Source of the DNA: Macrostomum lignano
Lineage: Eukaryota
NCBI GenBank assembly: GCA_002269645.1
Contig: NIVC01002407.1
Coordinates: 62,001-126,000, forward strand
DNA: 64,000 nucleotides
Direction: 5' to 3'
Of this stretch, positions 24,956 to 36,300 are shown in pieces. Below the pieces are notes generated by a model. The model saw only the letters and a program-made list of their open reading frames with translations. It had not been told where the DNA came from and did no database searches. Each line of letters starts with the position of its first letter. Within the stretch, counting starts at the first letter, position 1. The position numbers were made by a program, and so were the translations under genes.

Positions 24956-25962
24956 GTGTGTGTCTGTCTGTCTGTCTGTGTGTCTGTCTGTCTGTCTGCA
25001 CACCAAATCACAACCCACTCCTCTCTCTACCGCAGATGATCGAGAAGCGCCGCCGCGACAGGATCAACAGCAGCCTGAGCGAGCTGAAGCGCCTCGTGCC
25101 CAGCGCCTTCGAGAAGCAGGGCTCGGCGAAGCTGGAGAAGGCGGAGATTCTCCAGATGACGGTCGACTACCTGCGCTCGCTGCAGCATCAGCAGAAGTGC
25201 GGCGGCTACGCCGCCACCGCCGCCGATGCGGCCGCTGTCGCATTGGATGCCCGCAACATCGGCTTCCGCGAGTGCGCCGCTGAGGTGCACCGCTTCCTGC
25301 TGGGCTGCGAGGCCGCCTCCACGCCGATGGGCAGCCCCGACCAGCAGCAGCAGCCGTGGGACTCCCTGCGCTCCCGGCTGTTGGCTCACCTGCAGTGCTG
25401 CTCCGCCCAGCGGTCCTCGACTGTTCAGCGCCCGATCGCGGCCGTGTCCGGGTCGCCTCCGTCGCCGCCGCCGCCCCTGCCGCCTCCGTCCGCCGGGGCC
25501 TGGCAGCAGGCCGCTGCCGCCGCTCCGCCAACGGGCCTGCCGGCTGGCTACGCTGCCGCCGCTGCTGCCGCGGCCGCTGCGGCTGCCTTCGAGTCCAGCA
25601 CCGTCGGAGGCTCCGTCGGCTCCGGTGGCGGCGCCTTCGTGCCCTGCGGCTCTGGCGGCGGCGGCAGCGGCGGAGGCAACGGAGGCGGCGGCTGCAGCTA
25701 TTACCCTCCCGGCACCTTCAGCGGCCTGCTGCAGAGCTGCCAGCAACCAGCGCCTGGTTATTATCAGCAGCAGCAGCAGCAGCAGCATCCGGGCATGCAG
25801 CAGCAGCAGCAGCTTCATCAGCAGCACCAGCAGGTTTACCAGCATCACAGCCAGCTGCCGCATCACCAGCAGCCTCCACAGCCTCATCACTATCAGCCGC
25901 AACCGCTGACGCCGCAGAAGCCCTACAGGCCGTGGGGCGCCGACATCGGTGCATTCTCGTAG
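24111..25962 (+). CDS. Hey: Hey (Hairy/E(spl)-related with YRPW) bHLH-Orange repressor, 348 aa (exons 24111-24181, 24308-24356, 25036-25962)
   Basis: RKRRRG|[46 protein letters not shown] with the Hey-type Gly in the basic region. Orange domain [13 protein letters not shown]; C-terminal [13 protein letters not shown]. Both introns are GTAAGT..CAG and in frame. Confidence 0.95.
24420..25000. repeat. (GTCT)n microsatellite with GTATTAGT variants in Hey intron 2
   Basis: Direct inspection; interrupted by the MITE at 24512-24692. Confidence 0.95.
24512..24692. mobile_element. 181-bp hAT-type MITE
   Basis: 15-bp TIRs CAGTGGCGCAACCAG / CTGGTTGCACTACTG (2 mismatches) and a perfect 8-bp TSD TTAGTGTC (24504-24511, 24693-24700). 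Confidence 0.88.
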
Positions 25963-27435
25963 TACCATCATCGCTTGGTAGCTTTTTTAGGCTCATCGCT
26001 CGTACACAACAGCTGCTCGTGCAACATTCATTATAATAATTACTTTTCATATGGTCATAGTGCATTTGTAGTTAACGTGGGTCAATACAAGCCCTGAACG
26101 ATGCAATAGCATCCATAACTATAATTAACATGCCAATTATAATGTATAACTATAGGTCGTATATATATATATTGTGTCTTACAGTCTGTCTGAATGGTGC
26201 TGACTTTACAATATTTACGAGAATAACTGGCGGTTGCGACTTATATGTACGTACAAGTGTATAGAAATGCACTGCATTTTTGTTGCCTTCCATAATTTTT
26301 GTGTATTGTATAGTAAATAAAAACGCGTTTTGTAAATAATAACATATTTGTTATAACACTACAGTTGTATTGACATTGTCTTTGAAATCTCTTTGTAGTT
26401 CCGCAACGAAACGAAACTCTGTTTTCGGGACACCCGATCCCCATCTTCGCAGCAGTGCGTGTTGCAATTGTGCAAATTTCGGAAATAGCAATTCAATTGA
26501 ATACTTGTGGAGGCTTTGTCTGCTTTCTGTGCAACCGATGCGACAGACAGGAGGGTTGCCAAGGGCCTGCGATGCGGCTCAGCTGAACTATTGAACTGGG
26601 AAACTGGAAACTGTAGCTGAACCTGTTTAGTAGCTAAGCTGTAGTATATTTTATTGCTGAATCCTGCAGAGTGCGCAAATTTATGAGTCATCCGGGCTGC
26701 AGTTTTTCTGGGGAAGACTCTTCTGGGGAAACCCTCCTGTGTTATTTTTTAGTTTAATACGTTTTCATTGTTTCTATTCGGGATACTCTGTAGTATATAT
26801 CCTCTATAGTATACAGCCATTTATGAAACGGTGTACTAAAAGTTGACGTTAGTCACATGAGACTGAGTATAGTATATGGACTGAAGAATGGTAAATTTTT
26901 TAAGCTGGTTTTACGCATATCAAAGTCTCAGATGTCTTGAGGACTTCTTTCAGTGTATTTTTGTCAATAAGGAAGTGCTCCGCCTCGAAGCGTCGGGTTA
27001 ACCTCCACTTCGTTGAGGTGAAATCGTCTGAGGTACAAACCCCCATTGACGCTATTTACGTCTCCATCAAGGCGGGGAAACACAATGAGATCTGGGGTGG
27101 GGGGATTACATAAACATTATTAAGATATACATGATGGGGGCATGACATGACATTACTTTCACTCTTCTTCTTCAAGCTCCAAAGGAAGGAATTGGCGTTG
27201 AGAAAATCGGGACCCAATGCTTCAGGCTCAATTTTGACTCTCAAGTTCACATCCCCTCGGAGCTTGGAAACGATGTCGGTCGCGCTGAGAAGGCGTTGCG
27301 CAATCACAGCTTGGCCTGCGAGCATTTATTTTTTTAAATCCCACCAGGATGTCAGACAGTTCTGGAGAGTGGAGACAGAACCTGCACCTGGAGCTTCATT
27401 GCCAAAACTAATTGTAAAAAACTACTAAAATATAG

Positions 27436-27729
27436 ACGGGCTGGGCAAAATTTTACCGCAAGGGCCAGATCGAGAACCCAGCGCATGTCTGCGGGTCAGT
27501 GGAGGGGATCGGAGAGATAAGGGGGAATAGAGAAGAGAAATAGGAGAAAGGACAGGCGAGGGAATTAAGGAGAAGAGAGAAGACGAGAGAGGAGAGAGAA
27601 GAGAAGGGAGATGAGAAGAGAGAAGAGAAGAAACAAGGAATCTGGACCAGGTTCGTCTGATAATGCGTTCCAGGGGTCGGGAAACCGGCCCGCGGGCGGC
27701 AAGGCCTCTCTATCCTGCCAGATTCCTTG
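27436..27729. mobile_element. Rearranged copy of the CT/GA-core Charlie-like hAT MITE
   Basis: 27436-27640 resembles the reverse complement of the right end of 13051-13445 plus a GA tract. CAGGGGTCGGGAAACCGGCCCGCGGG at 27671 resembles the left end of the 35487 copy. Confidence 0.55.
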
Positions 27730-28159
27730 CTTGAGGTGTCCATGGACGGGGTGATAAAAAATGGGGTTTAGTCGGTGATGAGGGCGGGCACCTGGGGGGG
27801 GGTTATTCATTGGCTTGGGGAGAAAGGAATTTATAAGAGGCCTGTGAACGAGAAGCTCCAGTATCCAGTCATATCCAGTCAGCTATGAATTTGGGGAATC
27901 CCATTAGATAAGGTACAATTCGCTGGGGGGGGGGGTGGACACCTGGTCGGCCGGAGTCTGCAGGCTGTATAAGCAGTCTCTGAGTCAACCAGGTGGTCGT
28001 GAAGGCAGCGACTGAAGTTTTGAGTTGCCTCCATGTTGTAGAGATTTGAAATTGTATATCCCCAGGATGTCCAGTGTTGGCTGGCCTCTGTCAGGGGAGC
28101 TGGAATACTTGCCTAGGAAAAATCAATTTTACCGTTGCGATTTCTAACGCGCTCCTCGT

Positions 28160-28415
28160 CACCCTTTCTAGCGCCCCAGCACCCCTTCTAGCGTCCCAAA
28201 TACCCTTTCTAGCGCCCCAGCACCCCTTCTAGCGTCCCAAATACCCTTTCTAGCGCCCCAGCACCCCTTCTAGCGTCCCAAATACCCTTTCTAGCGCCCC
28301 CACCCTTCTAGCGCCCCCACCCCTTTTAGCGCCGCCACCCTTTCTAGCGCCCCAGCACCCCTTCTAGCGCCGCCACCCCTTCTAGCGCCCCAGCACTCCC
28401 TCTAGCGCCCCAGCA
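28160..28415. repeat. 20-21-bp minisatellite with TAGCGCC core
   Basis: TAGCGCCCCAGCACCCCTTC and TAGCGTCCCAAATACCCTTTC alternate. Confidence 0.88.
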
Positions 28416-28774
28416 GCACCTCATTTGGTGCGATTTATCGGGCATAAACAGATTTCAGTCAAATTATTTTCACCTTACTGACAGTAGCGAGTAGCAAAAG
28501 ACCCTTTTAATAAATGAAAAGTTGGTAAAAAATTAAGTTGAATTTTGATATTCAATGCCATACGTCAGAAGCAGATTTTTTACATGAATTTTTTACAAAG
28601 CAGGGAAGATAATTTCTTGCATTGTAGCCAGCCTCACGGCCCGGCGCTTTCCATTTTGCCCAAACTACTGCATCAATAATTTGGAAGCAAGGCTGTCACC
28701 GTGGACTGAATGGTTGTTTTGGTGGGGGGGGGGGCTAAACTAAGAAGTCTAAACGAAAAAATTCCTCACTCGTT

Positions 28775-29337
28775 TTAGCGCCATAGGGCACTCAGTTTAG
28801 CGCCACAGGGCACTCAGTTTAGCGCCACAGGGCACTCAGTTTAGCGCCACTGGAACTCAGTTTAGCGCCACAGGAACTCATTTTAACGCCACAGGAACTC
28901 AGTTTAGCGCAACAGGAGCTCAGTTTAGCGCCACAGGGCACTCAGTTTAGCGCCACTGGAACTCAGTTTAGCGCCACAGGAACTCATTTTAACGCCACAG
29001 GAATTCAGTTTAGCGCCACAGGAATTCAGTTTAGCGCCACAGGAACTCAGTTTAGCGCAACAGGAACTCAGTTTAGCGCCACAGGAATTCAGTTTAGCGC
29101 CACAGGAACTCAGTTTAGCGCAACAGGAACTCAGTTTAGCGCCACAGGAATTCAGTTTAGCGCCACAGGAACTCAGTTTAGCGCCACAGGAATTCAGTTT
29201 AGCGCCACAGGAACTCAGTTTAGCGCAACAGGAGCTCAGTTTAGCGCCATAGAGCACTCATTTTAACGCCACAGGAACTCAGTTTAGCGCCACAGGCACT
29301 CATTTTGGCGCCACAGGGCACTCAGTTTAGCGCCACT
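28775..29337. repeat. 21-bp minisatellite with TAGCGCC core
   Basis: TTTAGCGCCACAGGAACTCAG repeats. Confidence 0.95.
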
Positions 29338-29386
29338 CTGTCCCCGGTGGGCGCACACACATGTATACCAATTAGACACGCAAATA

Positions 29387-30593
29387 TTCGGTTGAAGGGA
29401 AAGTTCTCGCCAATTCTAGAAAAACATAGTGCAAGGAAAATTTCGAAAGTTCTGGAACCTTCCATTGCTGGACTATAAAGAAGGATAGGTGGGCATCATG
29501 TCATAGTCATTGCCTTTTATTTTCTTCAGAATAGTGCCTAAAAAATGGAAATTTCAAAACTCTATATTCGTGGATGTTTGCTCTACGACTTTAAATCTGG
29601 ACTTAATGCGTCGCATTAATGCATTAACTCTGCATTCGGAGAGGGTATCATGTCCGACAGAACTGCCCGGGACTGGTTCACTCGTTTCCGCAATGGAAAC
29701 TTTGAACTCGAAGACCAGCCCCGATCAGGTCGACCATCGGGGGTGGATGATGAGCAGCTGCGCCAGCTCGTAGAAGCCGATCCCCGCCGAACCTCGCCTG
29801 AAATGGCAGATGTCCTCGGGGTACACCAGACCACCATCATCGATCACCTGTGCCAGCTGGGTAAGGTGTACAAGTTGGCACAATGGGTACCCCACGACCT
29901 TACCTAGTTCGACCGTCGGCGTCGCGCTGATGCTGCGATGTTTCTTCTGTCCTACTGTCGCACAACCCATTGGCTAACATCCATAGTGACGGGTGACAAA
30001 AAGTGGTGTTTATACACCAATGTGAAATGCCGTGCTTTGTGGGTGGACAAAATTAAATGCCAAAACCACAGCCGAAAGCACCACTGCACCCTTGGAAAGT
30101 GATGCTCAGCATCTGGTGGGACTGCAATGGCGTCATTGACTATGAGCTGCTGCCACCAAACCTGACAATTACAGCCAGCAACTGGATGATTTGGCAGCAA
30201 AGATCAAAGAAAAGCATGGTCCGATCCGTTTTCTTCACGACAATGCGCGGCTGCACACGGCAAAGGTTACTGCTTGATCTGGGCTGGGAGGTTTTACCCC
30301 ACCCACCTTATTCACCTTGCACCATCTGATTACCACTTGTTCCTATCCCTGTCCAGCGCCATGGCCGAGATATCGTTCGATGATGAGCATGAACTCAACG
30401 TCTGGCTGGACAACTTCTTCGCCTCAAAACCAGCTAAGTTCTATAAGGACGGCATCATGAGTCTGCACAAACGCTGGCAGAAAGTCATCGAATATGATGG
30501 CAATTACTTCACTTTGTGAAGTTGCTTCAGTTCTATAAAAACTCAGTACGATTTAAGTTCTTAAAATCGGCGAGAACTTTCCCTTCAACCGAA
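29387..30593 (+). mobile_element. Full-length but inactivated mariner (D,D34D-type) transposon, 1207 bp
   Basis: 29-bp TIRs TTCGGTTGAAGGGAAAGTTCTCGCC(A/G)ATT with TA TSD. Transposase relic 29545-30519 has WVPHDLT, IVTGD, KVMLSIWWD, LHDNAR and HPPYSP..LAPSDYHLF but carries stops and frameshifts. Confidence 0.95.
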
Positions 30594-30595
30594 TA

Positions 30596-30832
30596 CCTGG
30601 CAGAGCAACACAGAGCCAGGTAGTGAGGGGGTGGGGGTAATAGCAGAAAGGACGTAATTAAATTGGCAATAAATTATTGTTAACTGGAGTTAACAATTGT
30701 TAACTGGCACACACATGTATACCAATTAGACACGCAAATAACTGGCAGAGCAACACAGAGCCAGGTAGTGAGGGGGTGGGGGTAATAGCAGAAAGGCATT
30801 AATTAAATTGGCAATAAATTGTCAACTGGAGT
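30596..30832. repeat. About 125-140-bp tandem duplication; copy 1 (from 29353) is split by the mariner
   Basis: GCACACACATGTATACCAATTAGACACGCAAATA occurs at 29353 and 30707. The following CTGGCAGAGCAACACAGAGCCAGG occurs at 30597 and 30742. Confidence 0.9.
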
Positions 30833-31197
30833 GCTGTTTGTGTACCATAGCAACCAGCTCCTGTTGGGGTGGATGGAGAAATACCTGAAATTATCCATAG
30901 TGGCCTGAACTCTGTCAGCCTGCCTGTTGGGGCAGCTCAGCTGCAGCCGTCCAATTAGGCTTGAGGGATAAAATTTAACGACATACACATATTTAGGATC
31001 CTCTACTAAAGTTTCCCAATGCGTTGATAGAGGCGACCCGGGTTGAACAGAGCAACTAAAAAGCTTCCCCATTGACAGGAGCCAGCAAATTTTAGGATAT
31101 TTTTATTCTCTACGGCTGCAAGATGAGGGCCATGATTTGGCTCTTTGTTGCCTTCGAACTGGCAGCTGCCGCTGCGGCAAGTGAGTGACTCGTTTAA

Positions 31198-31378
31198 TGT
31201 GAATGCCATTTCCGAATCCCTGGGAAAGGCATTGTCGAATCCTTGTGAATGCCATTTCCGAATCCTTGTGAATGTCATTGTCGAATCCTTGTGAATGCCA
31301 TTTCCGAATCCCTGTGAAAGGCATTGTCGAATCCTTGTGAATGTCATTGTCGAATCCTTGTGGATGCCATTTCCGAAT
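31198..31378. repeat. 23-bp minisatellite
   Basis: GAATGCCATTTCCGAATCCTTGT and variants, about 8 copies. Confidence 0.88.
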
Positions 31379-31399
31379 CGTGTTGGGTGAGTAGCATTG

Positions 31400-32001
<602 letters not shown>

Positions 32002-32635
32002 CAGCTCTACATACCGGATATCCGAAGTCTGTAAGCGGTGAGTAAAGCGGTGAGTCGCTATGGAACATTGATCAATGCATTTCATATCCTACATGCACAC
32101 GGTCCGCATCAGGTGACAATGCTTATGGAAAATGAAATAAATTCCCGGAAACGACTTGCCCAAGCACGTGTCAAGTCATGATTTAAAACTTTTCTCAAAC
32201 CAGTCAGTTGTTCTCCTTCTTATCAGCAGTTATTTATTGCGGATGGCACGAGGCATTGAAGAAGTACATCAGTACATGTACTTTTAATCGAAAAATAACG
32301 GAAACTGTAGCCTTTCTGTTATATTGAAAGAATACTCAATACTAGATCTGTTTAGATATACGGGTTAAAGTTACAAGCTGGCAGGTAAAAACTGGTTAAA
32401 GTTACAGAGCACTTATTGGAAAAATATGTTTGCATCAGTCGGTTGGGAAATGTCCATGAAGTAGTTAAAGTTTGAGGCTAATTTATTCAAAGATTGCAGG
32501 GAACTTTTCGGATAAACGGTAGGAGCTGACAACGCATACTGGGCTTCAGTGCCCTCAGATGCGTTCTGAAAAAAGTGAAATTGCAGTTTAATAGACTGAT
32601 AAATTAAATCCGGGCCAATCTGGATCCATCCAATT

Positions 32636-33345
32636 CCAAGCACTCCACACAGCACTCCACACAGCACTCCACACAGCACTCCATACAGAACTACACACAG
32701 CACTCCACACAGCACTCCACACAGCACTCCACACAGCACTCCATACAGCACTCCACACAGCACTACACACAGCACTCCACACAGCACTCCACACAGCACT
32801 CCACACAGCACTCCACACAGCACTCCACACAGCACTCCATACAGCACTCCATACAGCACTCCACACAGCACTCCACACAGCACTCCACACAGCACTCCAC
32901 ACAGCACTCCATACAGCACTCCACACAGCACTCCATACAGCACTCCACACAGCACTTCACACAGCACTCCATACAGCACTCCACACAGCACTCCATACAG
33001 CACTCCATACAGCACTCCACACAGCACTCCACACAGCACTTCACACAGCACTCCATACAGCACTCCACACAGCACTACACACAGCACTCCACACAGCACT
33101 CCACACAGCACTCCACACAGCACTCCACACAGCACTCCATACAGCACTCCACACAGCACTCCACACAGCACTCCACACAGAATTACAACAGCACCCCATC
33201 CAATACCAAGCACTCTATCCAATACCAAGCACTCTATCCAATACCAAGCACTCTATCCAATACCAAGCACTCAATCCAATACCAAGCACTCAATCCAATA
33301 CCAAGCACTCTATCCAATACCAAGCACTCTATCCAATACCAAGCC
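32636..33345. repeat. 12-bp (32636-33180) and 19-bp (33195-33345) minisatellites
   Basis: CAGCACTCCACA repeats then TACCAAGCACTCTATCCAA repeats. They lie in the putative 3'-UTR intron of the PDZ gene. Confidence 0.95.
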
Positions 33346-33390
33346 AGTCCCGAACAGGTCTCCGTCTTACCGTTTCGACTGTGTAAGACC

Positions 33391-36300
33391 TCAGGCCTCC
33401 CCAAATGCTCTCTGTATGGTGGGTCCATTCGCCTTGATGTAGGCAGAGTGATCGGCCATCGCCCGGTCCCGATACGAGGCCGGCAGAGCGCCTGAAAAAT
33501 GGTTGCATGCAGGATACACAAAAATGATGGTTTATTTGGCGCTAATAATTTATGACATTAGTTTATCTTATTTGGCCCATTGTGGCCAATTAGTTAGTAG
33601 CGGCCTTAATTCAATTAAGTACACGAAGAACTATATGAAATGAAACTTTTTTATTTCTAAGAAGAAGCCGAATGCTCACCGCCAGACTCAGACTGCGGCA
33701 GCTGGCTCTCCAGTATCTGGTAGGTCTTCGGCTTCACATTCTTGTAGACTGGCCCGCCCTGCCCCCTGTTGGACTTCGAGGACACCTGGCCGCCGTTGAT
33801 CGACGTTACTGGGTGCACCGCGGCGGCGGCGGGTGGCGGTGAAGCGGCCGCGGCAGCAGCGGCTTGGCGCCCTGCCGCTGTAGCTCCGTAAGCCGCCACG
33901 TTGAATGCCCGCCTGGGTTGTTCCAGAGATGATGTATGATGATTTCAAAAGTTGTCAGATTCAGTTAGGGGCATGAAGTCCCCGGGCTCGAATCGCACGA
34001 AAATTGGCTTTGTCGAGCGATTCTTGCCCGTGTGGGCCTATCTTCGACTCGCGGGTATAGTTCATAAGTTTGTGTTGATTCTTTCCTTCTTTGTAAATAT
34101 TTTTACGTAGTTTCTTTCCACGTGGAGTCATTCTATACGAGCAGTCCCAGAGTCCCGCATTATAAAAACTTGTGCATTAGTGCAATCGATTCTTCAAAGT
34201 AACTAAAACTTTATTAGGTCAACTAAACGTCCATAGACTTCTACAGTCGAGAAGTCCGTGTTAAACACGCTAAATTTTCGTTATTTTCCGTCGTCTTTTA
34301 TTCTACAAGAAATCCTGGGATGCTGATGAATGGAGGCTGCCTTCGTCCGTTCTCAAGACAGCGTTTTCACGAGAACCATCAGAGAGAGAGGCGTAGAGCT
34401 CGATAAAAATGGAATGCTTTGTTCCACCTATCTTTTGTGCAGGGGTCTAAAAGTTGAAGAACGATGGCCCAGCCCAAGATGGAGCACTTGATTTCGTACT
34501 TAAGACGTGCACGTGCATTTTTCTACAATAAGAAAAAGGTCAAGAATCTTTTGCTTCAAGCTGCCAAGAGCTCCGTGTCAGCAGCATGCCAGAGTTTCTC
34601 TCTAAATTTTTCCGTCTCCATACTTCACACTTCTCCATACTCCAAATTAATGACTTAGAGATATTTACTTATTAAAGTACAAGTTATATCAGTTAATAAC
34701 GACAGTGCAAGCAATTTGGAGGCAGGGATGCAACAAATTTAAATTTGACACGTGCAGACTGAAAATTTCAATGGCGGTACGAGCTATGGAATCGGTAGAT
34801 TGTGCATATGGTTTTGAAGGTAGACAATGATTTGGGTGAGTTCGAATAAGTTTAAAATTAATTAAAATTATTCTTCTGAGTGCCACTTTAACGTACTCAG
34901 TAAAACAAAACAGATGACAATATTTTAAATAACAGACTGGATATGTGTTTATAAATAGCGTTTTTGGGACTATAAAGAACTGTTTAAATATTTTCAACTA
35001 GTTTATAGTCAGTCTAAACCAGTTTTTTCTTTTTGAGACTGTAAATTATAGTATAGCTATCGATAAAGTGAAAAATCATAAAAAATTATTATTTAGTAAC
35101 TTTTTTACGACTAGCTAGTCTTAATCTTTTAAAGTAATATAATCATCATGAGCACTCCAAATACCAATTTAAATGACTTTTATTGATGTGTTACAATCCA
35201 ATTCGAGAAAGGAGGTACAGTTTTTCGATAATTTATTCGATATATTCTATATTGGATAAAATTAAATAAATACAATAACTTTAAATTGTTGCGTGTCACT
35301 GTCCACTTGGACAGATATATTAACTAAGTAATTTAGACTGGTATTTGGTATGCTTAGAATGAGTATTCACCTTTAAAGATTAATAGCTCGTACTAGTAGT
35401 CGAAAAATATGTTACTTAAGCATTATTGGTTATAGTGTTATTGTTTTTCACATATTAATTTATTATCATTTACAGTCTTAAATTTACAGGTCTCGGCAAA
35501 CATGCGGCCCATGAAGCCTCTCTATCCGGCCCTCGGGTCCTTTGAAATTCACAGTGGGAATCCGGCCCGCTCAAGGTTTGTGTCTCTTCTCAGCTCTCTT
35601 TCTCTCACCTCTTCTCTCTCTCCTCTTCTCTCTCCTCTCTCCCCGTCTCTCCTCTGCTCTCTCTTCTCCCTCCCCTCTCCTCTCCTCTCTTCCCTCTCTC
35701 TCCTCTCTTCCCACTCTCTCTTCTCTACCCGTCTCTCCTCTGCTCTCTCTTCTCCCTCCCCTCTCCTCTCCTCTCTTCCCTCTCTCTCATCTCTTCCCTC
35801 TCTCTCCTCTCTTCCCACTCTCTCCTCTCTCACGATCTCTCCTCTTCTCTCTCTTCTCCTTCCCCTCTCCTCTCCTGTCTTCCTGTCTCTCCTCTCTTCC
35901 CGTCATTCCTCTTCTCTCTCTCTCCTTTTCTCGCCCTTTCTATCCTCATATCTTTTCTCTCATTTTATCTCTCATCTTTTATCCTCTCTACTTTCCATTC
36001 TCATTTCTTTCCATGGCCCGCAGCCATGAGCTGGATTTTCTATCTGGGTAAAAGGTTTGCCTCAAAAAAAGTCCCAAAAACGTGATTTGTAAACTCATAT
36101 CGTCGAGTCTGTTAAATAAAATATTTTCATGTGTTTTCTGCTGACTACTTTAAACTAACACTTAAAATAATTTTAAGCCACTTTAAACTTACTCGAACCG
36201 CTTTGTTTTTCACGGGTAATGAAGCCAGGAGAGACGGAAATTAACCATTGTCTATGACGAAACCATATGCACAGGTGCATTGGGAGGTACAAATAAAAAT

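Noticed and set aside
25027-26065. Long overlapping and antisense ORFs over Hey exon 3
   Set aside because: Shadow frames of very GC-rich coding sequence. The same applies to the ORFs overlapping gypsy pol, the CUB genes and calumenin.
34464-34658. 64-aa plus-strand ORF inside PDZ intron 2
   Set aside because: No motif, no consistent splice partners, AT-rich codons.
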